Shown here: piece after piece, positions 1 to 10,028 of the stretch
Numbering within the stretch: the stretch's first letter is position 1
Layout of the letters: each line of letters begins with the position of its first letter
Assembly (NCBI GenBank): GCA_963828165.1
Contig: CAWHDR010000005.1
Location: forward strand, 210,550-274,549
Direction: 5' to 3'
DNA from: an uncultured Chloroflexia bacterium
GTDB taxonomy: Bacteria > Chloroflexota > Limnocylindria > Limnocylindrales > CSP1-4
DNA: 64,000 nt
Translations under genes and position numbers: made by a program
Notes under the pieces: generated by a model
Told to the model about the DNA's origin: nothing
The model's input: the letters and a program-made list of their open reading frames with translations, nothing else
The model's database searches: none

Positions 1-2
1 CG

Positions 3-668
3 GCCCTGCTCTACCGACCGGACCAGATCGAGGCCCAGCTCGAATACGTGACGCGGGCCGCTCGGCAGCTGGCCAGCACCGGCTCCAAGGTCTTGGTGCT
101 GGGACCGTCGTCGCATCACCCCGGGTACGACACGTCGGTCGACATGGACGACGACGAATGGACGGCGTTCCTCACGAACCTGCGGCGCCTGGAAGACGTC
201 GTCACCGACGCCGGCCTCGAGACCGCGCTCCATCCGCACTGGGGCATGGCGATCGAGACCGGCACGCACATCGACCGATTGCTCGAGTCGTCCTCGGTCG
301 GGCTCTGTCTCGACACGGGCCACGTCTACCTGGCCGGCAGCGATCCGGTCGATGTCGCGCGCTCCGCGCGCGGTCGCGTCCTCCACGTCCACCTCAAGGA
401 CGTCGATCCGGCCAAGGCCGCCCTCGTCCGGAGCGGCGAGATGCCCTTTCGTGAGTCTGTCATCGACGGCCTGTTCGTGCCCCTCGGGCAGGGAGGCGTC
501 GACATCGCCGGCGTGATCGCTGCACTCGAGGCCGACGGGTACCGCGGCTGGTATGTCCTCGAGCAGGACGTGTCGCTGAAGGGCGAGCCCCCGGTCGGCG
601 AGGGCCCGAAGGCCGACGCGGTCGACAGCGTGGCGTACCTGAGCAGTCTGTCCGGGGCTCCTGCGTGA
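3..668 (+). CDS. iolE: IolE-like sugar phosphate isomerase/epimerase (myo-inosose-2 dehydratase family), 5'-truncated by window edge
   Basis: HPHWG, LCLDTGH, HVHLKDV and LEQD motifs of TIM-barrel IolE/MocC; frame open to the window start. Confidence 0.75.
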   Translation, partial: ALLYRPDQIEAQLEYVTRAARQLASTGSKVLVLGPSSHHPGYDTSVDMDDDEWTAFLTNLRRLEDVVTDAGLETALHPHWGMAIETGTHIDRLLESSSVGLCLDTGHVYLAGSDPVDVARSARGRVLHVHLKDVDPAKAALVRSGEMPFRESVIDGLFVPLGQGGVDIAGVIAALEADGYRGWYVLEQDVSLKGEPPVGEGPKADAVDSVAYLSSLSGAPA

Positions 669-1588
669 GCCAGCGGGCCCTGAGCGACCTCGAGGCGACC
701 TGCGTCCTCCCGGCGCGGGCCCGACTGGGTGAGTGCCCGACCTGGAGTCCCGATGACGCGCGGCTCTACTGGATCGACATCGACGATCGGGCGATCCACC
801 GCTACGACCCGCAGTCCGGGCTCGATGAGCAGCGTCCGACACCGGGACGCCCGGGCTCCCTGGCCCTCACCGCCACCCCGGGACGACTCCTCGTCGCGCT
901 GGAGGGCCGGCTGGGGTTCTTCGACTGGCCATCGGGAGTCTGGCGCGATTGGATCGCGCTCGAGCCGGAGGGCTTCGGCAATCGCCTCAACGACGGGCGT
1001 TGCGATCCGGCGGGGCGCTTCTGGGTCGGCTCGATGTTCGATCCGGCTGTAGCGGGCAATGCCACGGGGATGCTCCATCGGATCGAGCCGGACGGGACGG
1101 CGGTCACGGTGCGGTCGGGGATCGGCGTGGCCAACGGCCTCGCATTCGCCCCGGACGGGCGAACCATGTACTTCGCCGACACCCCCAAGGAGACGGTCTG
1201 GGCGTACGACTACGACGTCGATACGGGCGAAGCCAGGAACGAGCGGGTCTTCCTCGATTTCGAGCCGTTGCCTGGCCGCCCGGACGGGGCAGCGGTGGAC
1301 GAGGCCGGCTGCTACTGGATCGCGGCCGTCATGGGCGGGTTGGTCCTCCGGGTGACGCCGGCCGGGGACATCGATCGGCGGATCCGGGTGCCCGTCGAGA
1401 AACCGACGATGCCCGCGTTCGGCGGGCCGGGTCTGTCGACCCTGTACATCACGACGATCGGTGGCGGCGGATCCCACGAGGTCGACCCGAGCCAGCCCGA
1501 CGCGGGTGGCCTCTTCGCGCTCGAGCCTGGTGTCAGCGGGCTGGTAGAGCCGCGGTTCGGCGGCGGTACTGGCGCGGGGGTGATGTGA
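665..1588 (+). CDS. SMP-30/gluconolactonase/LRE family sugar lactonase
   Basis: LGECPTW, RLNDGRCDPAGRFWVG, NGLAF and PDGAAVD motifs; GTGA overlap with the upstream gene. Confidence 0.9.
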   Translation: MSQRALSDLEATCVLPARARLGECPTWSPDDARLYWIDIDDRAIHRYDPQSGLDEQRPTPGRPGSLALTATPGRLLVALEGRLGFFDWPSGVWRDWIALEPEGFGNRLNDGRCDPAGRFWVGSMFDPAVAGNATGMLHRIEPDGTAVTVRSGIGVANGLAFAPDGRTMYFADTPKETVWAYDYDVDTGEARNERVFLDFEPLPGRPDGAAVDEAGCYWIAAVMGGLVLRVTPAGDIDRRIRVPVEKPTMPAFGGPGLSTLYITTIGGGGSHEVDPSQPDAGGLFALEPGVSGLVEPRFGGGTGAGVM

Positions 1589-2583
1589 CCGCGACGACGC
1601 CGCCGGTCTGGTTCGAACGCCCCGTGCTCGCCGAGGTGGCGGCGAACGTGGCCGGCCGATGCACGATCCTCGGTCCCGCGACTGCGGACGACCCGTTCGC
1701 AGGCGTCGGCGCCGCTGCGGCGGCGGTCGTCGGGGCCGCGCCGTTCGGCGAGGTGGCGATGGAGCGCGCCCCGGGGCTGGTGGTCATCGCCCGGACCGGC
1801 ATCGGCTACGACGCGGTCGACGTCGCCGCCGCGACCCGGCGCGGGATCCTGGTCTGCAACACGCCCGACGGCCCGACCATCTCGACAGCCGAGCATGCCG
1901 TGACGTTGATGCTGGTCGTGGCAAAGAACGTGAAGGCCGCCGAGGGCGCGCTCCGGACCGCCAGCGCGATCGGCTACTACAGCCGTCACGACGGCATCGA
2001 GCTCGACGGCAAGGTCCTGGGCCTGGTCGGCTTCGGCCGGATCGCGCGGCATGTCGCCCGGATCGCCGGTGGCCTCGGGATGCGCGTCACGACCTTCGAC
2101 CCTTACCTCCCCGCCTCCGCCCTACCCGCCGGGATCGACCGCATGGACACCTTCGACGCGCTCCTCGGGGTTGCCGATGTCGTGTCCGTTCATGTCCCGC
2201 TGACCGACGAGTCCCGCGGCCTCTTCGGCGCCGCCCAGTTCGCGGCGATGAAGCGTGGAGCCGTGTTCATCAACACCGCGCGTGGCGGACTGGTCGACCA
2301 GGATGCCCTCCTCGGAGCGCTCGACGACGGCCACCTGTTCGGGGCGGGGCTCGACGTCACCTCGCCCGAGCCGCTCCCCGCGGGCCACCCGTTGCTGGGC
2401 CGAGACGACGTCGTCGTCACTCCGCATGTCGCCTCAGCGACCGCGGACGGCAAGGCGCGCATCTTCCGGCTCGCGTTCGAGCAGGCGATGGCCGCCGTCC
2501 AGGGGCGGCGGCCCGAACACCTGGTCAATCCCGAGGTCTGGGAACGCAAGGCAGCGGTGCCGTACGCAGGGGTGGGCAAGTGA
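1585..2583 (+). CDS. D-isomer-specific 2-hydroxyacid dehydrogenase
   Basis: GLVGFGRIA, INTARGGLVD, GLDVT..EP and TPHVA motifs; GTG start overlaps the upstream TGA. Confidence 0.9.
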   Translation: MTATTPPVWFERPVLAEVAANVAGRCTILGPATADDPFAGVGAAAAAVVGAAPFGEVAMERAPGLVVIARTGIGYDAVDVAAATRRGILVCNTPDGPTISTAEHAVTLMLVVAKNVKAAEGALRTASAIGYYSRHDGIELDGKVLGLVGFGRIARHVARIAGGLGMRVTTFDPYLPASALPAGIDRMDTFDALLGVADVVSVHVPLTDESRGLFGAAQFAAMKRGAVFINTARGGLVDQDALLGALDDGHLFGAGLDVTSPEPLPAGHPLLGRDDVVVTPHVASATADGKARIFRLAFEQAMAAVQGRRPEHLVNPEVWERKAAVPYAGVGK

Positions 2584-3755
2584 CGAAGACGATCGGGATC
2601 GGCGTAGTCGGTTTCGGATGGATGGGCCAGGCGCACAGCCGCGCCTACCGCGACATCCCGGTCTACTTCCCGGAGACCGGGATCCAGCCCCGGCTGGTTG
2701 CGGTCGCGGACAACGTCCCCGCACGCCTCGACCTCGCCCGTGACAATTTCGGCTTCGAAACGGGGCATCTCGACTGGCGCGAGCTCATCGCCCGCGATGA
2801 CGTCGATGTCGTCGACGTCACCGCGCCCAACGCCCTCCACCGCGAGATCGTGGAAGCAGCGGCGGCTGCGGGCAAGCACATCTCGTGCGAGAAACCGGTC
2901 GGCATCGATCCAGACGCGACCGCCGCCATCGAGTTGGCCGGACGGCGGGCCGGCGTCGTCACGGGCTGCGGCTACAACTACCGCTGGGCGCCGCTCGTCC
3001 AGCACACCCGCCAACTGGTCGCCGACGGGCGGCTCGGCGACCTGACCCACTACCGCGGGCGGTTCTTCTCGATGTACGGACGCGACCGGCTCGGCCTGCT
3101 CTCGTGGCGATTCCTCCAGGAAGAGGCGGGCTACGGCGTCCTGAGCGACCTCATGTCCCACGCGATCGACATGGCCCAGTTCCTGTGCGGACCGATCAGC
3201 CGGGTCGTCGCGGTCAAGGAGACGTTCATCAAGCAACGGCCCCTGCCGACGCCCGGTTCCGGCACGCATTACGAACGGGGCAAGCCCGGCGACCCGACCG
3301 GCGCCGTGACCAATGAGGACTACGTCGGCGCGCTCGTCGAGTTCGAGAGCGGCGCGCGCGGCACCCTCGAGTGCGACCGTTCCATCGTTGGGCCGCAGAG
3401 CTCCATGGCTTTCGAGCTCAACGGCTCCAAGGGCGCCGTCGGGTGGGATCACGAGAAGCTCAACCAGCTGCGGTTGTACCTTCCCGAGGAGCAGCCCAAC
3501 GACGGGTTCATCGAGGTCCTCGGCGGCGACGCCTTCCCGAATCACGGGAACATCGTCCCGGGCGGCGGCAATTCGATCGGCTACGAGGACATGAAGCTGA
3601 TCGAGGCGCTGGCGTTCCTCAAGTCCGTCGTCGCCGGGCAGCCCCACGACCCGGGGTTCACCCAGGCCCTGGCCAACGCTTCGGTCGCCGCCGCGATGGT
3701 GCGCTCGTGGTCGTCGGGGGCATGGGAAGACGTCGTCAGCCTGCGCATCGATTGA
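2580..3755 (+). CDS. Gfo/Idh/MocA family oxidoreductase (inositol dehydrogenase-like)
   Basis: GVVGFGWMG, CEKP and DLMSHAID motifs; GTGA overlap. Confidence 0.9.
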   Translation: MTKTIGIGVVGFGWMGQAHSRAYRDIPVYFPETGIQPRLVAVADNVPARLDLARDNFGFETGHLDWRELIARDDVDVVDVTAPNALHREIVEAAAAAGKHISCEKPVGIDPDATAAIELAGRRAGVVTGCGYNYRWAPLVQHTRQLVADGRLGDLTHYRGRFFSMYGRDRLGLLSWRFLQEEAGYGVLSDLMSHAIDMAQFLCGPISRVVAVKETFIKQRPLPTPGSGTHYERGKPGDPTGAVTNEDYVGALVEFESGARGTLECDRSIVGPQSSMAFELNGSKGAVGWDHEKLNQLRLYLPEEQPNDGFIEVLGGDAFPNHGNIVPGGGNSIGYEDMKLIEALAFLKSVVAGQPHDPGFTQALANASVAAAMVRSWSSGAWEDVVSLRID

Positions 3756-3768
3756 GGTACGCGCCAGG

Positions 3769-4530
3769 ATGCTGAAGAACCTGACGAAGGCGAAGCTGGC
3801 CGAAGGAAAGGCCGTCTTCGGCTGCTTCGTCCGGACCGCCGAGCCGTCGCTGATCGAGTACGTCGCCATGCTCGGCTGGGACTTCCTCGTGCTCGACGCC
3901 GAGCATGGGACGCTCCTGCCGAACCATGTCGAGGACCTGTGCCGGGCCATCGAGCCGCGCGGCGTGACGCCGATGGTGCGGGTGACGACGAACGACCCGC
4001 CGACGATCCTGCGCTACCTCGACACGGGCGCCCACGGCGCCCACATCCCGTGGGTCAACAGCGCCGCCGAGGCCGAGCGTGCCGTGCAGTCCGTGAAGTA
4101 CTCGCCCCGCGGCATCCGCGGGCTGGCCGGCAGCCGGGCGTCGGAGTGGGGGCTCCGCGAACCCCTGAGCGACTTCGTCGGGCGATCCAATCGCGAAACG
4201 CTGATCGTGATCCAGGTCGAGACCCAGGACGCCGTCGACGCCATCGACGACTACCTGGCGATCGATGGCGTCGACGTCCTGTTTCTCGGGCCGACCGACC
4301 TCTCCCAGTCCCTGGGTCACCCGGGCGACCTGGGCCATCCCGACGTCCTGGCCGCCATGGACCGCGTCGCTGAGGCCGTCGTCGGATCGGACAAGGTCCT
4401 CGGGATCTACGCGGGCACCGCCGACATGACTCGTGAGTGGCTGGACCGCGGGGCGCGCTACTTCACGACGTCACTGGAGCCATTCCTACGGGATGGCATG
4501 ACCCGGCACCTGCAGCACGTTCGAGGATGA
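3769..4530 (+). CDS. HpcH/HpaI family class II aldolase
   Basis: LDAEHG, VRV, YSPRGIRG, QVET and FLGPTDLS motifs. Confidence 0.9.
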   Translation: MLKNLTKAKLAEGKAVFGCFVRTAEPSLIEYVAMLGWDFLVLDAEHGTLLPNHVEDLCRAIEPRGVTPMVRVTTNDPPTILRYLDTGAHGAHIPWVNSAAEAERAVQSVKYSPRGIRGLAGSRASEWGLREPLSDFVGRSNRETLIVIQVETQDAVDAIDDYLAIDGVDVLFLGPTDLSQSLGHPGDLGHPDVLAAMDRVAEAVVGSDKVLGIYAGTADMTREWLDRGARYFTTSLEPFLRDGMTRHLQHVRG

Positions 4531-4537
4531 CGAAGCC

Positions 4538-6382
4538 ATGAAGACGATCCGGCTGACCACCGCCCAGGCCATCGTGCGATGGGTGCTCGCGCAGCGGACG
4601 AGGATCGACGGTGAGGACGTGCCGATCTTCGCGGGCGTCTTCGCGATCTTCGGCCACGGCAACGTGACATCCCTCGGCGAGGCGCTCGAGCCGGTCCAGG
4701 ACGAGCTGCCGACCTACCGCGGCCACAACGAGCAGTCGATGGCCCTCGCCGCGGTCGCCTACGCCAAGGCCATGCGGGGTCGGCGGATCATGATCGCGAC
4801 CTCGTCGATCGGCCCCGGCTCGACCAACATGGTGACTGCCGCTGCCGTCGCCCACGCCAACCGCCTGCCGGTCCTGCTCTTCTCCGGCGACACCTTCCAG
4901 CACCGCATCGTCGACCCCGTGCTCCAGCAGGTCGAGCATTTCGACGACCCGACGCTGACGGTCACCGACACGTTCAAGCCCGTGAGCCGCTACTGGGACC
5001 GGATCACGAAGCCCGCCCAGATCGTCCGGTCGCTGCCGCAGGCCCTCGCCGTGATGCTCGACCCGGCCACGCGCGGCCCGGCCTTCTTCGCCCTGCCACA
5101 GGACGTCCAGGCCGAGGCATACGACTTCCCGGAGCGGTTCTTCGAGCCGAAGGTCCACTACATCCGCCGGCCTGGCCCCGATCCGCGCGACGTCCAGGCG
5201 GCCGCCACCCTCATCAAGCACGCCCAGCGACCGCTGATCGTGGCCGGCGGAGGCGTCCATTACTCCGGCGCGGTCGACGTCCTGCGCTCCTTCGCGGAGC
5301 GCCATGCCATCCCGGTCGTCGAGACCGTCGCGGGCAAGTCGACACTCACGCACGACCATCCCAACTACGCCGGCCCGATCGGGGTCACGGGATCGACCGC
5401 GGCGAACGCCGTGGCGGAACGGGCCGACGTCGTCATCGCGGTGGGGACGCGGCTCCAGGATTTCACGACGGGCTCCTGGTCCGTGTTCGCCGATCCGGAT
5501 GTCCGGTTCGTGGCGGTGAACACGGCCTCGTGGGATGCGCACAAGCAGGGGGCGCAGCCGGTCGTCGGCGACGCCAAGGTCTCGCTCGAGGCGATCGACG
5601 CCGCCCTCGGCACGCACGCGGCACCACCCGAGTGGCTGTCGACGGCCGACGAGCGCATCGCCGAATGGCACGCCTATCTGGATTCCTGGTCCGGGCGAAC
5701 GCATGACGGCCCGCCCGCCTATGCCGAGGTCATCCAGGTCATCAACACGGCCGCCGACCCCGCGGACTACATCGTCTCCGCGGCCGGTGGCCTGCCCGGC
5801 GAGCTGAGCATGGGCTGGCGCTCCAAGGGGATCGGGACGTTCGACTCAGAGTACGGCTACTCGACGATGGGCTACGAGATCGCCGGAGCGTGGGGCGCGC
5901 GGATCGCCCGGCCGACGGGTGAGGTCATCGCCTGGGTCGGCGACGGCTCGTACCTGATGATGAACTCGGACATCTACTCGACGGTGATGACCGGTCAGAA
6001 GGTCATCTTCATGGTCTGCGACAACGGCGGCTTCGCGGTCATCAACCGCCTGCAGGTCAACACCGGCGGAGCCGAATTCAACAACCTGCTCCGCAACACC
6101 AATCACGAGCGCTACTTCCAGGTCGACTTCGTGAAGCACGCCGAATCGATGGGCGCGATCGCCGAGCGGGTCGAGACCATCGACGAGCTGCCGGCGGCGT
6201 TCGCCCGGGCAAGGGCCGCCGACCGGAGCTACGTCATCGTCATACCTGTGAGCGAATACACCTGGACCGAGGGCGGTGCTTGGTGGGAGGTCGGCGTGCC
6301 CGAGGTCAGCGAACGGGCCGCGGTCCGCGCGGCACGTGAGGACTGGGCCGCCAAGAAGCAGCGCCAGCGCGTCGGCGTCTGA
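4538..6382 (+). CDS. iolD: 3D-(3,5/4)-trihydroxycyclohexane-1,2-dione acylhydrolase (decyclizing), ThDP-dependent
   Basis: MKTIRLTTAQA N-terminus, IFGHGNV, HNEQSMA, EYGYSTMGYE and GDGSYLM motifs. Confidence 0.95.
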   Translation: MKTIRLTTAQAIVRWVLAQRTRIDGEDVPIFAGVFAIFGHGNVTSLGEALEPVQDELPTYRGHNEQSMALAAVAYAKAMRGRRIMIATSSIGPGSTNMVTAAAVAHANRLPVLLFSGDTFQHRIVDPVLQQVEHFDDPTLTVTDTFKPVSRYWDRITKPAQIVRSLPQALAVMLDPATRGPAFFALPQDVQAEAYDFPERFFEPKVHYIRRPGPDPRDVQAAATLIKHAQRPLIVAGGGVHYSGAVDVLRSFAERHAIPVVETVAGKSTLTHDHPNYAGPIGVTGSTAANAVAERADVVIAVGTRLQDFTTGSWSVFADPDVRFVAVNTASWDAHKQGAQPVVGDAKVSLEAIDAALGTHAAPPEWLSTADERIAEWHAYLDSWSGRTHDGPPAYAEVIQVINTAADPADYIVSAAGGLPGELSMGWRSKGIGTFDSEYGYSTMGYEIAGAWGARIARPTGEVIAWVGDGSYLMMNSDIYSTVMTGQKVIFMVCDNGGFAVINRLQVNTGGAEFNNLLRNTNHERYFQVDFVKHAESMGAIAERVETIDELPAAFARARAADRSYVIVIPVSEYTWTEGGAWWEVGVPEVSERAAVRAAREDWAAKKQRQRVGV

Positions 6383-6387
6383 CGGCG

Positions 6388-7173
6388 ATGGGCGACTTCG
6401 ACGACCGGGTGGTCGTGATCACGGGCGCCGCATCCTTCGTGGGCGAGGCGATCGCCGCCGACCTGGTGGCCGCCGGCGCCCGCGTGGTCCTGGGTGACCG
6501 CGATGCGGACCACGGAGCGGCCGCGGCGGGGCGTCTGGCCGACGCGGCGCGTTTCGTGGCGACGGATGTGTCCCAGGATGCCGACCTGGACCGGCTCATC
6601 TCGACCGCGCTCGACGAGCACGGACGGCTCGATGGCGTGGTCGGGGTCGCCGCAGACTTCGAGGACCAGCTCCTCGGCAGCACGCGCGAGCTATGGGACC
6701 GCGTCCTCGACGCCAACGTCGGGTCGGCCGCGATGCTCACGACGAAGGGAGCCGCGGCGATGACCGCGGGCGGCGCGATCGTTCACATCGCCTCGGTGAG
6801 CGGACATGTCTCCCAGCCGGCCCACGTCGTGTACAACGTGTCCAAGGCGGCGTTGCTGATGCTCGTCAAGAGCTCGGCGCACCACCTCGCCTCGCGCCGC
6901 ATCCGCGTCAACGCGGTCTCGCCCGGCTGGATGTGGAGCCGCAATATCGAGCGGCGCTACGGCACACGGGAACGGGCCGACGCCCTGGCTGCGGAGTTCC
7001 AGCCGCTCGGCCGGATGGCGGATCCCGAGGAAGTGGCCCACGCGGTGACGTTCCTGTTGTCGGACCGTTCGTCGTTCATCACCGGTGCCGAGCTGCTGGT
7101 GGACGGTGGCTACTCGACGATCGGTCCCGAGGCGCTCGGCCAGCCGTTCGAGAAGGTCCGGACGATCGTCTAG
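6388..7173 (+). CDS. SDR family oxidoreductase
   Basis: TGAASFVG, YNVSK (YxxxK), VNAVSPG and VDGG motifs. Confidence 0.9.
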   Translation: MGDFDDRVVVITGAASFVGEAIAADLVAAGARVVLGDRDADHGAAAAGRLADAARFVATDVSQDADLDRLISTALDEHGRLDGVVGVAADFEDQLLGSTRELWDRVLDANVGSAAMLTTKGAAAMTAGGAIVHIASVSGHVSQPAHVVYNVSKAALLMLVKSSAHHLASRRIRVNAVSPGWMWSRNIERRYGTRERADALAAEFQPLGRMADPEEVAHAVTFLLSDRSSFITGAELLVDGGYSTIGPEALGQPFEKVRTIV

Positions 7174-7175
7174 CG

Positions 7176-9785
7176 TCAGCGGCGCGAGCGCGCCCGGACG
7201 AGGTCGTCGAGCTTCTCCCGACTCGCGGCCATGTAGGCGGCCAGCCGCGCCCGTTCGCCGGGTGAGCGGACCGTGGCGATCTGCTCGACCCACGTCCTCG
7301 CACCGTCGATGATCGTGCCGATCGCGGCCGCGTCGTCGGGCGCGAACGCCGGCTTGCCGGGGATGTCCACGTACACCGGGGAGCTGTGAGCGCCCATGCT
7401 CGTGGCAAAGCCCGAGTGGATCTGCTCGCGGCTGGTGACCCGCGCGGCAAGCCATCCGCTCGTCGAGATCGTGACGCGCTCCGCGAGGCTCGCCCGATCG
7501 CTCCCTCCCGCGGTCGTGGCCGCGATGACGACGCCATCGCGGATGAGCTCGAGGCGATCGATCACCGGTTGCGCGGCCGACGCGGCGGCACGCACCTCGA
7601 CCGATCCCCCACTCCGCCCAAGCGTGATGACGTCGCCCGGCCCGCAGCCGTCGACCTCAAGGTCGACGAAGGATCCCGACGATACGAACGTCCGCCCCGC
7701 CCGTACGGCGGCCGCCCAGGTCTCGAACGAGATCGGCGCGCCGGGGTCCAGGCGGGCGTAGGTCCGGACGGCCCCGAGCGGGATCTCGGCCGACATCTTG
7801 TCCGTGCCACCCACGATCGGCAGCCGGAAGCCGCAATTGAGGAAGCGATACCACTCGCGGATGGACGGACCGTCGATGTCCGGCGTGAGTGCCTGCATCT
7901 CGACCGCGTCGATCTTGCCCGAGACGATATCGGCGGCGACCTCTCCGTACGGCAACGGGAAGTGGACGGCGAGCGCCAACCCGCCCTGCTCGCGGGCCGC
8001 ATCGGCCCAATCCGCGATCAGGCCGGTGAGCGGATCGCCCAGGCGGGCCTCCGGAGCTCCGGCGCTCGCCATCGGGAGCACCGCGTCCGATGCGCCGAGC
8101 AACCCGATGTGACCGAGCATGTTCTGGCGGTTTTCGCTGCCCATGACCACCATGTGGCGGCCGGTCGGGTCGGTGACGACGGCGGCCGGGAGGTCCGCGC
8201 CGCTCGTGTGATGGTCGCCCCACTGCGTCGCGAGCAGGTTGACGATGGCCACGCCCTCGGCCCGCGCCTGGAGCAGGGCCGAGGTCGGCGAGATGAAGTG
8301 GACGTGGCAGTCGACGGTGATCCAGTCTGGGCCGGCGGGGCCCGCGACCGGCTCCAGCGCCAGGACGAGCGGGGCGCGGCTGCGATCGCCGTTGCCGTCC
8401 GCGCCAACCTCGATGGAGCGACTGAGCGGGCGGTAGCCGAACCCGCGCACCACCTCGACCTGCACGGCCCCTTCCGGTAGCTCGATGGGGAACCGGCCCG
8501 GGACGTAGGCGTAGGTCGCAGCGCCGAGGACCAGGTCCGCGCCGGTGTCCTCGTTGAGCCCCGGGTTGATCTCGTCGCGGTGGCCCATCGGAGGGAGATA
8601 CCGCCCGTCCGCCGCCCGGAACCGGACACGAGCCGGCATGACGTCCCCGGTCGTCGCGTCGACGATCTCGACGTCCAGCCGGCGGGTCGGCGTCCGCAGC
8701 GATTCGATGGTGACGGCGCCGAACCGCTTGCGTGCGCCGTCCGCCGGCAGGCGGCCCGCCGGTACGAGATCCTCGCCGACGGCGATCGTGGCGTCGTCGG
8801 TCATCGCGAGGTCGACGAGCGTCGCGGTCGTTGAAGGCCCGTCATCCGCGAGCGGCGTCCCCCATCCCATGACCGCGCCCGACTGCCCACGGTCCGGCTC
8901 GAGCGTCGGCGGCGCGGGGCGCTTCCGGAACACCTGCCCGAGGTCCACGGCAACCTCGCCGGCTGCCACTGACTTGCCCTCGATCCGGAGCGTGCGCCGC
9001 GGCTCGAGGACCAGGGGCGAGGCGGCCCCGCGGAATGTCGTGACTGCGGCGACGACGACCCCACCTCCGGCGTCGAGCGACGCGAGCGGTTCCATCCGCA
9101 GTCGGACGAGGTCGCCGGCACCGTCCGGGATCTCGATCGCGTGCAGCCACAGGGCGATGTCGCCCGTCGGGCTGGGCACCGAATCGGCTACTCCGGTCTG
9201 CGCGGGACCCCAGCTGCCCGGCAGGATCCCGAGCAACCCGGCGTGCCCGGGCTCTGCGTAGCCACCCACGGGCATCGCGGGATATGGCCCGCGCCAGTCG
9301 AGCGGCGTGTCGATCCTGTGCGCCACGGCGGCGAAGGCGCCCTGACCCCAGCCGATGATGCCCTCATTCACCTCGAAGCGGCGGCGCATGATTCCGGAGA
9401 TCTCCCGCCCCGACGCGAGTTCCACGGTGTAGCGGGCCAGCGGCTGGCCGACGGGCGTGACCCAGCCGATCGGCAGGTCCGCCGGACGACCCGCGACCGG
9501 GTCGCGCCACGCGTCGCAGAAATGGGCCACCACGACGTGACTGGCCGGACCAGCCGCGCGCAGGTCGACGACCACCTCACGGTCGAGCAGGAGCCAGCGG
9601 CGCTCGCTGGTCACAAGGGCGAGTCGGAACGGCAGGCCTCGGAAGACGGCTCGGCCCGCCGGCAGCCGTCCGATCGCCTCGCGATAGCCCGGATGGAGCC
9701 GCGCGCCCAGCTCGCGGTCGCTCGTGTTGCGCTTCCGTCGCAGGTCGACCGGGGTCGCCCGGGGCGTCGATCGCGGCAGTGTCAT
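7176..9785 (-). CDS. CehA/McbA-like PHP-fold metallohydrolase (~869 aa)
   Basis: DCHVH, GSENRQ..GH, VHFP and GGTDKMS motifs, C-terminal AHSSPVYV; start chosen at ATG 9785 (uncertain). Confidence 0.7.
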   Translation of the reverse strand: MTLPRSTPRATPVDLRRKRNTSDRELGARLHPGYREAIGRLPAGRAVFRGLPFRLALVTSERRWLLLDREVVVDLRAAGPASHVVVAHFCDAWRDPVAGRPADLPIGWVTPVGQPLARYTVELASGREISGIMRRRFEVNEGIIGWGQGAFAAVAHRIDTPLDWRGPYPAMPVGGYAEPGHAGLLGILPGSWGPAQTGVADSVPSPTGDIALWLHAIEIPDGAGDLVRLRMEPLASLDAGGGVVVAAVTTFRGAASPLVLEPRRTLRIEGKSVAAGEVAVDLGQVFRKRPAPPTLEPDRGQSGAVMGWGTPLADDGPSTTATLVDLAMTDDATIAVGEDLVPAGRLPADGARKRFGAVTIESLRTPTRRLDVEIVDATTGDVMPARVRFRAADGRYLPPMGHRDEINPGLNEDTGADLVLGAATYAYVPGRFPIELPEGAVQVEVVRGFGYRPLSRSIEVGADGNGDRSRAPLVLALEPVAGPAGPDWITVDCHVHFISPTSALLQARAEGVAIVNLLATQWGDHHTSGADLPAAVVTDPTGRHMVVMGSENRQNMLGHIGLLGASDAVLPMASAGAPEARLGDPLTGLIADWADAAREQGGLALAVHFPLPYGEVAADIVSGKIDAVEMQALTPDIDGPSIREWYRFLNCGFRLPIVGGTDKMSAEIPLGAVRTYARLDPGAPISFETWAAAVRAGRTFVSSGSFVDLEVDGCGPGDVITLGRSGGSVEVRAAASAAQPVIDRLELIRDGVVIAATTAGGSDRASLAERVTISTSGWLAARVTSREQIHSGFATSMGAHSSPVYVDIPGKPAFAPDDAAAIGTIIDGARTWVEQIATVRSPGERARLAAYMAASREKLDDLVRARSRR

Positions 9786-9851
9786 CGACGCAGGCCAGAG
9801 GTCGCGTTCGTTCGCCGTGGCACTCGCGATCACCCTCCGCGACAACCTGCG

Positions 9852-9898
9852 TTGACCCTCTCGCGTCGGTATGCTAGCGTCCGCGCAACCGATTGCAC
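9852..9898 (+). promoter_or_regulatory. sigma70-type promoter plus LacI-type operator
   Basis: TTGACC (9852)-17 nt-TAGCGT (9875) with extended TG; imperfect palindrome GCGCAACCGATTGCAC at 9883-9898, upstream of a LacI gene. Confidence 0.6.
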
Positions 9899-10028
9899 AA
9901 GTCACCGAATGCACGCGAAAGCGGAGGGGCATCGGTCAGTGGGTGCCTGCGCTACACCGTCCGGCGAGCAGCCCCGGACGGACGTGATCATCGTCGCGCC
10001 GCCCGTCTGGGCGGCTTAGACGGGCCGG

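Noticed and set aside
2190-3950. Long antisense ORFs (e.g. 2190-3950, 20116-21981, 16393-17802, 36242-37786)
   Set aside because: Shadow ORFs expected opposite real genes in high-GC DNA.
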